DNA of 64,000 nt from Hemiscyllium ocellatum (taxonomy: Eukaryota). The position numbers and the translations under genes were made by a program. The stretch covers positions 62,735,001-62,799,000 of the forward strand of contig NC_083421.1 in the NCBI RefSeq assembly GCF_020745735.1. Direction: 5' to 3'. Each line of letters starts with the position of its first letter. The first letter of the stretch is position 1. The notes beneath the pieces are model-generated. The model was not told the origin of the DNA, made no database searches, and worked only from the letters and a program-made list of their open reading frames with translations. Of this stretch, positions 1-11,098 are shown piece by piece.

Positions 1-1210
1 AGTAGGAAGAATAGAGGTGTAGACCATTTTCTAAATGTCCTCAAAAGTTTTGGAAATCTGAAGCACAAAGGGACTTAGGAGTCCTAGTTCAGGATATTCG
101 TAAGGTTAATATGCAGGTTCATTTGGCAGTTAGGAAGGCAAATTAGCACTAATTTGGAGAGGACTTAAACACAAAAGCAGGGTTATATTGCTGAGGCTGT
201 ATAATGCTCTGGACAGAGCACATTTGGAATATTGAGAGTGGATTTGGGCCCTGTATCTAAGGAAGGATGTGCTGGTCTTAGAGGGGATCTAGAGGAGGTT
301 CACAAGAGATTCCAGGGATGAAAGGCTTGTCATATGAGAAGCATTTGAGGACTCTGGGTCTATACTCAACGGAGTATCGAAGGATGTGGTGAGATCTGAC
401 TAAAACTTACAGAACCCTGAAAGGCCTGGATAATATGGATATGGAGAGGTTTCCACTAGTAGAAGTAGGACCAGAGGGCACATCCTCAGGGTGAAGGGGT
501 GATCTTTTAGAAATGTGTTATGGACCAGACCAAATTCCCTTCAAGTATATCAAGAAGATAGCCTAGTCCTAACTTTTTCTTATTTAAAGACAAATTTTCG
601 GTGGCCTGTTCCTGATGCAATTTGATTGGTTACAGCATTCAGCTTTAAGTAAACCACACTTTATTCTTACCCTATATTTCAAATACAAACAAAAGAAAGA
701 ATATATAAAACTGCAACTCTATTGGAAAACTTAACAGAATAATAGAATATTTAACAACTAAAAGGCAACTGTTCCAATATAGTAACAGGCCATAAACACA
801 TCCTTGGCAAAGGGAAATTTAATAAAATAGATTGTCTTACATGCAATTCTATAAAAGAACTCTAGCTTTTAGCTATAACACAGACAGGAATAACAGCTTC
901 AAGACCCCAGCAATTGCTGAAAGCTAAACTAAAACACTGGTTCTGTGGGAAACTAATCCCATCCATATTATTGTCACAACTGAGATGAGGAGGAATTTCG
1001 TTAGCCAGGTGGCGGTGAATCTGTGGAATCCATTGCCACAGAAGGCTTTGGAGGCCAAGTTATCGAGTGTGTTTTAGTCAAAGATAGGTAGACTCCTGAT
1101 TAATAAGGGGATCAAAGTTTATGGGGAAAAGTCAGGAGAATGGGGCTGAGAAACATATTAGCCATGATGAAATGGTGGAGCAGACTCAATGGGCCGAATG
1201 GCCTAATTAT
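1..1210 (+). mobile_element. Degenerate CR1-type LINE 3' portion, interrupted by a solo-LTR-like insertion
   Basis: RT C-terminal remnant (LYNALDRAHLEY..WIWA.YL.KD) and tail ...gggccgaatggccta. Confidence 0.8.
516..978 (-). mobile_element. Probable solo LTR (~460 bp)
   Basis: TGTTA...TCACA termini, flanks aatg/actg (4-bp TSD with one mismatch), AATAAA on the - strand; splits the LINE sequence cttttagaa|ctgagatgaggagg. Confidence 0.55.
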
Positions 1211-1379
1211 TTGAGCTTTGGCACATGTCACACACCACTGCAACACAACACAGAAATTTCACTGATCAATTCTAATACAAGAGAATAAATGTCCATTTAA
1301 ATAAATGTTCCCTCATCATTAAAACTGTTATATAAACGCAGACAGTCATTACTGCACTTTGCTGAATCATTTAGTGCTG

Positions 1380-1695
1380 GCAACACATGCTGTCTATTGT
1401 CCTGTACAGCTCCTGTCTTTTAGATAAAACGTTGAACTAAGACACCACTTGCTTGCAGATGAAGATTCAGGGGCATTCTCCCCAGTTTCCTGGCCAATAT
1501 ATATTCTTCAATCAACATTACCAAAATGGATTAACACGCGAGTACATCACTACTGTGTGTGGGGGCTTACAGCAGGAAGATTAGCTGCTGCAATTACCAT
1601 GTTATAAAAAAATGATTCAAAGTATTTCATCGGTTGTGAACAACTTTGGGTGATCATGAGGTTGTGAAATGCACTGTAAATGTAAGTCTGATTTT
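1380..1695 (+). mobile_element. Ancient Deu-domain (SacSINE1-like) SINE remnant
   Basis: tcctggccaatat..ttcttcaatcaacattacc...gaggttgtgaaatgcactgtaaatgtaagtct; similar remnants at ~2890-3220(-), 18200-18450(-), 26870-27010(-), 28790-29000(-), 46805-47010(+). Confidence 0.6.
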
Positions 1696-1708
1696 CATCC
1701 ACTGCCTA

Positions 1709-2075
1709 TAGAGGTTTACAAAATTATGAGAGGCATGATAGGATAAATAGACAAAGTTTTTTCCCTGGGGTCAGGGAGTCCAGAACTAGAGGGCATAGGT
1801 TTAGGGTGAGAGGGGAAAGATATAAAAGAAACCTAAGGGGCAACTTTTTCACACAGAGGGTGGTACATGTATGGAATGAGCTGCCAGAGGATGTGGTGGA
1901 GGCTGGTTCAAATGCAATATTTAAGAGGCATTTGGATGGGTATATGAATAGGAAGGGTTTGGAGGGATATGGGCCGGGTGCTGGCAGGTGGGACTAGATT
2001 GGGTTGGGATAACTGGTCGGCATGGATGGGTTGGACTGAAGGGTCTGTTTCCATGCTGTATATCTCTATGACTCA
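1709..2075 (+). mobile_element. CR1/HER1-type LINE 3' fragment
   Basis: RGHRFRVRGERYKRNLRGNFFTQRVV.VWNELP motif; tail ctctatgact; near-identical copies at ~5900-6165(+), 51975-52240(+), 53445-53755(-). Confidence 0.88.
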
Positions 2076-2189
2076 GGACACCCAAGATTAGAAAAGAGCT
2101 CAATGACTTCAGTGGTCCAACTCATTTTTCCATTGCCCTAAAGTGTGATGAGCAGATACAGGTTTTAAAATCAGAGCCTGAAATCATAC

Positions 2190-2347
2190 CGGCAATCAAA
2201 CAAGGTTCTACTGGATGGAATGCCAAGCACATGATGGCACTAGAAACGTCAATCACTGTATTTGGTCGCCCTGGGTTCAACCCTCTCCGATCTAGATTCC
2301 AGGAACACACATAGGACTTCTCTGTGCTCCAATCACCATCCTCCAAC
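2190..2347 (-). CDS. DYNC2I2: DYNC2I2/WDR34 coding exon 3 (158 nt); gene continues beyond window start
   Basis: Acceptor tttcag|, donor GCCG|gtatga; (R)[52 protein letters not shown](G) matches WDR34 GDWST..SFVCAWNLDRR...CLAFHP. Confidence 0.95.
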
Positions 2348-3517
2348 CTGAAATCAATGCGAGAGGAATCATTACTAATCAGCGTAGATGCACTCATACC
2401 AACTTTCATATTGAAAAGCAGAGCATAAAGCTGTTAGCAGTCAAACACTATTCAGAATAATTTATGGGATGATTTAATGGCAAAAGGGACTCTGAGAAAG
2501 ACTGATTTAAATATAAAATGATCAATTAAGTTGTAGATAATGTTATATAAAAGGAGATTTCTTTTGTAGATTTATTAATGTTCACTGTCACCTCATGGTA
2601 CTCTGCTTCATGCTATCAAAGGCTATCTGGAAGCATGCACTTGTAGAGGATGTTTTTAACATTACAGAATTTTTCAATTATAACATTGTGAATAGAATTC
2701 AGCCACTAATGATGACTAGAGCTATTCATGGTTTAATGTACACTACACTTTCATTGATTACTTTTTAAAGTTAAGAAATTTTTTTTAAAAAAACAATTAA
2801 AATACATAATAAGCACCTTAGCCTCTTAAGCAAGTTTAATCCCTTGTAAATTTGCAACTAGCACTCAACCATAAAGAAACTTTTTATACATTTTCAGAAT
2901 TCCAAAAGTGCTTTACTGTCAACAAATTACTCTTGAGGTGTAACCACTACTGTAATAGAAACAAAGGGATCAGTCAATTTGCACACAGCAACAAAATAAA
3001 TGATAAATAAAATAAATAAACTTTTAATGTTTTTGGTTGAAGTATACGCATCAGCCAGGGCACCCAGAATATTTCATTCCTCCTCCCCAAAGATCGCAAC
3101 AGAATATTTGACACCAAACTGAACAGAAGACAGTTTAATGTTTCTTCTAAGAAACAGCTTTGCTGACAGTGCTACTTTCTCTTAGGTCTGCACTTAAGTG
3201 TAATCACAGATTCAATGTTGATCAATAAGAACTGATCGGATCATACAGTGAGAAAGCATTGTGCACTGTAGTTCTGTCCTCAACGACACTCACTAACAAG
3301 CAGCGAATCCGAAATAACAATTGTTCCAAGTAAGATGGAAGGAGTGCACCGCTCTTCTTTAGTCTCACTATACCAACATTGACAACACAAATTCATTATT
3401 TCACTCCGTTCCTGATATGACAAGTAAAAAGTGAGGACTGCAGATGCTGGAGATTAGAGCTGAAAATGTGTTGCTGGTTAAAGCACAGCAGGTTAGGCAG
3501 CATCCAAGGAACAGGAA

Positions 3518-3553
3518 ATTCGACGTTTCGGGCCAGAGCCCTTCATCAGGAAT
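3518..3553 (-). ncRNA. Minimal type I hammerhead ribozyme motif (Penelope-like terminus), intact core
   Basis: - strand reads ATTC-CTGATGA-A-GGGC-TCTG-GCCC-GAAA-CGTC-GAAT: stem I ATTC/GAAT, core CUGAUGA and GAAA, GUC cleavage triplet. Confidence 0.8.
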
Positions 3554-6540
3554 GAGGAGAGTGTGACAAGTCATGTATTTTTTCTATATTGGACATAGAA
3601 TAAAAAGATCCATCCACCAGGCTTTTTTAATAAAGACAAAATTATTTTTGATTACAAAACAAAAAAATTATTCCACAAAAATCCACATTCTTGGCTAGTA
3701 ATGATTAGTTCTTGAAGGAAACAAACGGATGAAGTGTATAATATTCAGTTGGCTGTTAATTTGGCACACAATGATAGGTCACTAGACAAGGCAGTTATCG
3801 CTGGGGTCTTGACAGATACAGCTTGCTCAAGAGACGTTATCAAGAAGAGTTCCAGTCGGTCTTCAAGTGGAAATTCAGGCTCCACAATGGAGTCACAATA
3901 TGGTACTTCAAAAACAGCTTCGCTAAGCTGAGCAGCTGAGCAGGCTTCCTCTAACTGAGAGCCACAACAAGCTCCAACTGACCGCAAAAAGCTATTCAAA
4001 CAACACAGCAATGATGACTAGCAAACAAGTCCAACAATTAACTGAGACCATGCAGCTTCCAAGAAATGCCTTGTTTAAGAGAAGTTCCATGATGTTATTT
4101 CATTGGTCTCTCTTTAAAAAGAAAAATCGAGATTATTTCAAGTTCTGTTCAGATATCAATTTTTTTTCCACAATCCATGAAAACTCTCATCTTTGCAAAG
4201 TATTAAGCAAATCTGAAGCCTTCATAATATTATATATATACAGCAAGGAACAAACTGAGCTAGCAAAAGAATCATCCTGACATATAACTTCAAAGAGTAC
4301 TCCAATATCAAACCTCAATCAAAACCATCAGCAATAAAACTGGACTTTCATCTTATGATTATTTGTAAATAAAAATTGGTTGCTGTGTTTCCTAACAAAA
4401 ATGTAACTACATTTCAAAAGCAATTTGCAAGAATCATAGAATTTTACAGTACTGAAGGAAGCCTTCGGACCGTGTCTGTACCGGCTCAAACAGAATGTGC
4501 ATTGAACAGGATGTTCAAAACAGAATGAAAAGGACAAAATAAAGGTATAGAAGAAGTAAACTTTCCTTTCACCAATGAAAACATACAAAACTGGATCTAT
4601 TATGTTTTAGGTTATAGCATCATAACAATAACTAACCTGAAAATTCTACAAATTAATTGTTAAAGTTTAAACTTAACTAATGCACCTATTATGATGACAT
4701 GGTTTTACCACAATACCATGCAAACATCTCCTATTGGTAAGGAAATGACTCAAACAGTGAACATTGCTGTGAAAATCTATATTATGTAAAATATTTCATT
4801 TGTCATAAATTGCTTTGGGATTTGCTGAGATTATGAAAGGCTCTACGTAAATAAAAGCCTTTCCTAATGATTAAAATTTTACTTAAAATCCAAAAAGACC
4901 TTCAACTAGGTTGTTGATAGCTGTAGAGACATTTACAACAATACATTTCAGATAATATAAATCTCAGATAAAAGTCAAATTTTGTAAATAATCTTCAATA
5001 AATATCATGATTGTGCCAAATTAAAAGGGGTCAATAATGCTGTGAAGATGGAGAGGCCCTGGCAGTGAACTGCAGTATATCCATATCTTACTAAACTATA
5101 AACACCTACCTCATTTAAATAACTTTCCAGTATTCTAAACACTTAGTGAACACAAAGATCATGTTATTTCAAACCCAAAATGTTACATCCTTCAAAGGGG
5201 AACAAGGTCTGAACTTATAAGAGATAGTGGCATGGTATAGAAACAGAACACCACTATACTAAGTTGCTACTTGGAAGTTCCAAGAGGAGGAGGTAATACA
5301 GAAAAGGGTGAATCTATTTTGATTGTAAAAAAGGATTCCTGCTACAAAGTATCAAAGGATATGATGCTCTTTACACTAAAAAAAATTCAATACCAGATAG
5401 GTGAATGGAGACAAAAACTCATCTTATCTAAGAAACAAATAGATGATGCGAGTGTAGCGTTCCTCATTCAGTAATTCTCTCCTGTGATAATCTATCACAT
5501 TGCCATGTACAAACTGGCTGTAATAGGTGACTATGCTTTTAAAATAATTACTAAAATCACAAAAGCGCTGCTAAATAATTTTGATACTTTTTAATCTAAT
5601 TATTCTGAGAGGTCAAATAGGTTTAGATCATACAGATAGTAAAAATAAAGGCCACTTTGCTTTTGGATCAATACATCACCAATTAAAGATGGGTCTTGTG
5701 CAATGGAGATTTCCTACCTCTTCACCAGAAGGTCTGAGTTCAAGCCTGAATCACAGTATGATTGAAGTAGCTTTAACTGATTCAAACAGACCTTCCTAAA
5801 TCACCATTCTTTTTCATGACATGGACAGCATTTTCCCAATAGACTTTTGGGCAAACGGAGGCCAGAAGCTTGCCTTGCATGACGAATAATCGGTGAGTTG
5901 ATTTAAAGGAACCTAAGGGCCAACCTTTTCATGCAAGGGCAGCACCTGCATGGATGAACTGCTGCCAGAGGAAGTGGTGGAGGCTAGTACAATTACAACA
6001 TTTAAAAGGCACCTGGATGGGTATATGAATAGGAAAGGTTTAGAAGGATATGGTCCAAATGCTGACAAATGGGACTAGATCAGTTTAGGATATCTGGTCA
6101 GTGCAAACAAGTTGGACCGAAGAGACTGTTTCTATGCTATACATCCATATGACTCTATGATCTGAAACTAGTCTTATTATTCAATTAAGTATGATGGGCA
6201 GGTGCTCAAAACCGTATGGCCAACAGAAGGAAGGAAGTTGCTTTCTGAAATGGGCAAAGTTGGAGGGCCTTCTCTCCAAAGTTTTTAAACTTTAAAATAA
6301 AGAGTGCCATTAGCAGTTAGGCAAATGAGGGGAAATGCCACCACAGGACAGTCTGCAGCCACAGCAAAAGTAATCATTGGATAGGGTAGATAGGGAGAAA
6401 CTTTTCCTTTAGTAGAGGGGTCAATAACCAAAAGATACAGTTTTAAGGTTAGAAGCAGGAGATTTAGAAGGAATTTGAAAAATTTTCTCACTCTACCAAG
6501 AGGGTGGTAGGTTTCTGAAACTCACTGCCTAAAAGTGGTA

Positions 6541-8002
6541 GACAAGCAGGAGGCTGGAAGAACACAGCAAACCAGGCAGCATCAGGAAGTGGAGAAGTCA
6601 ACATTTCGGGTGTAAGGTCAAAGAGTACAGAAAAATATAGATAAACTGGAGAGTTGGGCGGAGAAGTGGCAGATGGAGTTTAATCCAACCATTAGGAGGT
6701 GATGCATTTTGAGAAGTTTAATTCTACAGCGAATTACACAGTAAATGGAAGAATCTTGGGAAAAGTTGATATGCAGAGAGTTCTGGGAGTTCAGGTCCAT
6801 TGAATCCTGCACAGGTGGATAGAGTGGTCAAGAAGGCATATGATATGCTTGCCGTCATCAGACAAGGTATTGAGTATAAGAGATGGCAGGTCATTTTAAG
6901 ATCATACGCGACATTGGTTTGGTGGCATTTAGAATACTGTGTACAGTTCTGGTCGCCACATTACCAAAAGGATGTGGACGCTTTGGAGAGGGTGCAGAGA
7001 AGGTTTACGAAGATGTTGCCTGGTACGGAAGGTGCTAGCTATGAAGACAGGTTGAGTAGGTTAGGTTTGTTTTTATTAGAAAAAAGGAGTTTGAGGGGGG
7101 ACCTGATTGAGGTCTACAAAATCATGAAGGGTATAGACAGGGTAGGTAGAGATAAGCTTTTTCCTCGGGTGAAGGATTCAATAACGAGAGGTCATGCTTT
7201 CAAGGCGAAGTGTGAAAAGTTTGAGGGGGATAGACACGGCAAATACTTTACACAGAGGGTGGTAGGTGCCTGGAACGCGCTGCCGGCAGAGGTAGTAGAG
7301 GCAGGCACGGTGGATTCATTTAAGATGCGTCTGGATAGATGCACGAGTAGGTGGGGAGCAGAGGAATACAGATGCTTAGGAATTGGGCAGCAGGTGTAGA
7401 CAGTAGATTTGGATTGGCTCAGGCTTGGAGAGCTGAAGCGCCTGTTCCTAACCTGTAAATGTTTTTTGTTCTTAACCCTTCTTCAGGACTTTGGGGGGGG
7501 GGGGGGGGTTGTTGGATGAAAGGGGAGCTGCAGATAAAGGAGGTGGCAGGGCAGGGATAGGTGAAGACAGGCAGAGGATATGACTTAGTTGATCAATTGG
7601 TGGAACGAATCTGGTAGGTGGCTGGGAGGAGTGAAAGGGAGGGGGAAGGGGTTGGGAAGGGAGTTGGGGAAGTTCTCCAATTTCAAATAACCTCCCTTTC
7701 CTTTCCCCCACCGACTCCCTCCCCAGCCCCTCCCCCTCCCTTCCACTCATCCCAGCCAGCTACCAGACTCATTCCTCCCATTGACCAACCAGGTTGTACC
7801 CTCTACCTGTCTTCACCTATCCCCACTTCACCACCCGCCACCCCTTTTATCTGCAGCTACCCTTTCACCCATCCCCAGTCCTGAAGAAGGATTACACCCA
7901 AAACGTTGACTTCTCCATCTCCTGATGCTGCCTGGTTTGCTGCTTTCTTCCAGCCTCCTGCTTGTCTATTTTGGATTCCAGCATCTGCAGTTTTTTTAGT
8001 CT
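6541..8002. mobile_element. Fold-back Penelope-like terminal element carrying a nested LINE fragment (6616-7472,+), itself inside a CR1 remnant
   Basis: Inverted termini gacaagcaggaggctggaagaa.../...ttcttccagcctcctgcttgtc; flanking duplication ctaaaag(g)tggta; inner ORF 6800-7399 is a CR1 RT C-terminus (HLEYCVQFWSP). Confidence 0.75.
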
Positions 8003-8818
8003 CTAAAAGGGTGGTAAATGCAAGAATCATCAAAACTTTTCAGTAGTATTTAGATGAGCACTTGAACAACTTACCATGGAAAACTATAGGCTAAGCATTG
8101 GAAAATGTGTTTAATATAGATATAGAACATCTGGTAACTGGTGTAGATACAACTAGCCAAAAGGACTTTTTACTATGATGTAAAGAAAACTCTATATGTA
8201 CACAGCACAATAGATGTGATACGAATGAAATCAAGTTATCTTTACAGATGAGTGCAGAGCCACATTAATGTGGTTGACTCTTAACTGCCCTCTGAAAAGG
8301 TCTAAAATGCAATTCGTTCAAGGGCAATTAGGAGTAGACAAATGTTTGCCTTACCAGGGACATCCACATCCCACAAAAGAAAAAAAAGTGCTGTCAAAGT
8401 AGTTATGAACTTAATCTTCAGTAGTAATGGTCTAAACCAAATGAATGGCTCTGTGATCAATTCCCAAAGCTAAAAATCACACAACACCAGGTTATAGTCT
8501 AACAGGCTAAATTGGAAGCACGCTCCTTCATCACAACCACCTGAAAGCTAGTGTTGTGTGATTTTTAACTTTGTACACCCCAGTCCAATACTGGCACCTC
8601 CAAATCATTCCCACAGCAGTATTGTTGGAATTGGAAGTTTGGCCACACAGAATTTAAATTTAAAACCACTCCAAGATCAGCTAAAGAACTTGGAGTCTTC
8701 TTTCCTGCTTTGTAAGACTCAAATACGACATCAGGAAAGATAAACATACACTTTAATTGAGCGTGTAACTACCAATAATGAATAGAGACACAATGTTGGT
8801 TATTTATAGCTATCGTAC

Positions 8819-8928
8819 CTGCCATATGCACAAGCAATGACAGAGCCTGTCACATTCCAGGACACACCAGTAACATGCAGTTTTCGTTTCTGCGCTTCTG
8901 GATAATACAGAGTATGCAAACATGAAAC
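8819..8928 (-). CDS. DYNC2I2: DYNC2I2/WDR34 coding exon 2 (110 nt)
   Basis: Acceptor ctgtag|, donor GGCAG|gtacga; translates [36 protein letters not shown](R), matching the first WD40 region of WDR34; not in the ORF track; phases fit both neighbouring exons. Confidence 0.95.
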
Positions 8929-11098
8929 CTACAGCAGGATTTAAACAAAGAAACTCATTAAACAATTATAAAGGAACCAGTTGCATTCTTGTTTTATTCG
9001 GTAAATTAATTTAAATATCAAAGCTTGAAGAATCATGTGGTTTGCAATTATAGGTTGTGAGAGTGTGGATTTCAAACACAGGACACTAAATTCAATAACT
9101 AATTGCTAAATTTAATGGGCATAGAGATAGAAAATACATAGCACACTTCAACATGGAATATTCATGTCTGTCATCCAATTCTATCCAAGCTGCCTTATTT
9201 TTTGTTATTCTATCAAACTGCTTTTCGACTAAGTCTCTTGCAAGTTATTGTATTGAATATCTTCTGAAAATCCATACAGGTTACATCTACACATACCTGG
9301 CAATTTCTTTGAGGACCATTAAAATCAGTCCAGCTTTGTCTGTTAATAAAATGTCTCCTGGCCATTCTTGGTTTGTAAAAGTCAATAAAAAGTATTAATA
9401 TAATGGCCATATCTGCGACAATGCAAATATATTATATGCCATTTACAATAGAAGCATGTTAAGACAGGGTTTTAATTTGCCTCAATGAACAGGGAGATAA
9501 TTATGGAGTTGTACTTTACTTCTAGTTAACCAAGGACCATAGCTCTGGCTAAGTTTTTTCATATTTGATATTCTTTCAGAATTTCTATATCAGAAGTATG
9601 TGTCAAAGTTACATAGGAAATGTATGAAGAGACTTCCTTTGAATTGATGATTAATTCATCTGCCAAATCCAGGTAATAATTATTTAGCACTGGAAACAGA
9701 CTCTTCTTTAAAAAAGACAAGAACCTCAATTTTAAACACCTCTATCAAATCTCCTTTTAAATCTTCCCTGCTTACAAGTAGAATGATCCCAGCTCCTCCA
9801 CGTTTCTCACACCACTGAAGTAGTACTAATTCTGGTTAAATCTCCTCTACACCCTCCTCAAGGCCTCAACATCCTTTCTGAGTAGTGCACAGAACTGGAC
9901 TGGATCTCTCTCAGAGACCTACTCAGTGATTTATAAAAGCTTAATTTCCAAATGGAAACAATTTGCGTTTTCTACTCTTTGAACAGGCTTTCCTTTTGCA
10001 AAGAAAGAACTACCTCAATTTTAATATGCAAATATGGTACACTGCTGACCAAAAGAATCCCATACCCTCCCAAAGATATCCTGTAGTGGAACATGGGTTT
10101 TTTTTGCTATCTGCAGACTAAATTAAATCGTAGGATTCTAAAGTACAGGGGGGAAGAAAAACTCCCACACATGTAATACAATTCAACTTTCCATTTCATT
10201 CTCCCCAATGTCCTAATAAATAATAATCCATCAATAAGCATTTAAAAAGCCTAGATGATCTAGTAATTATGATAATGCTGGTTTTAGGACGTTTGGGACA
10301 CACACCAACTGCCAATTTCCTCCAATTCAAACCAACTCACTGGTTACAAAACACAGACATCCTGAAATTGTAAAAGGCACTACATAAATGTAAACGTTTT
10401 AAAATCAACTCACTAGAAACATCAACAGGAACACAAGTGACCAGAATCTAGTTGGAAACAAATCCAACTAAAATAAACATAATGAAGCTTCAAGCACAAA
10501 TGAACAAAGCATTGAAACCTTATGGTCAAAATTATGGAGATCTTGATTTTTGTTAAATCCCAAATCAACTTAAATGGCAGGCATGACAAAAGGAAACTTG
10601 CACTGCTTTGCACAAACCACTATAGGACAAGACAACAGGATGATGGAGTGATGCCTCAGTCACATAGTTGGCAGGGGTTACAAATATATTTGTAATTGTC
10701 TGGTCTTTCTTTACGACTGCCAAAACTTAAAACAGTTCATGGAAATAAACTGCAGAACGCAATGCATAGGCATACCTGCTTTAGTAGATTTGGCAGAGGC
10801 CACTGATGTGGATTTGATACCCTGGAAGCATATCAACATGGAAAAACATGCACTTTTTTGATTTGATTCAATTGCTATCTAATATTACCTAAGGAATGCA
10901 ATAACTCGCAAATTGATTTTATAAAGTTAATTATAGGTTGAGTAGAAACTAAATTACAGGATAGCCCAATATTACCTTTACACAGCTGCACTATCAGGCA
11001 AGAATTGAAAGTACTTTAGTTAATACTAGCAGACCTCACATGGCATTGCTCACTGCTAGTCACAGTGTACAATGAAGTACAGAAGAGGAAACTGACTT

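Noticed and set aside
3734-4280. Coding-looking stretch in DYNC2I2 intron 2 (88-aa - strand ORF after an AG; 65-aa and 89-aa + strand ORFs)
   Set aside because: No recognisable homology, and the phase does not fit DYNC2I2 exon 2 (early stop); probably a decayed repeat. A BLASTx/Dfam search would settle it
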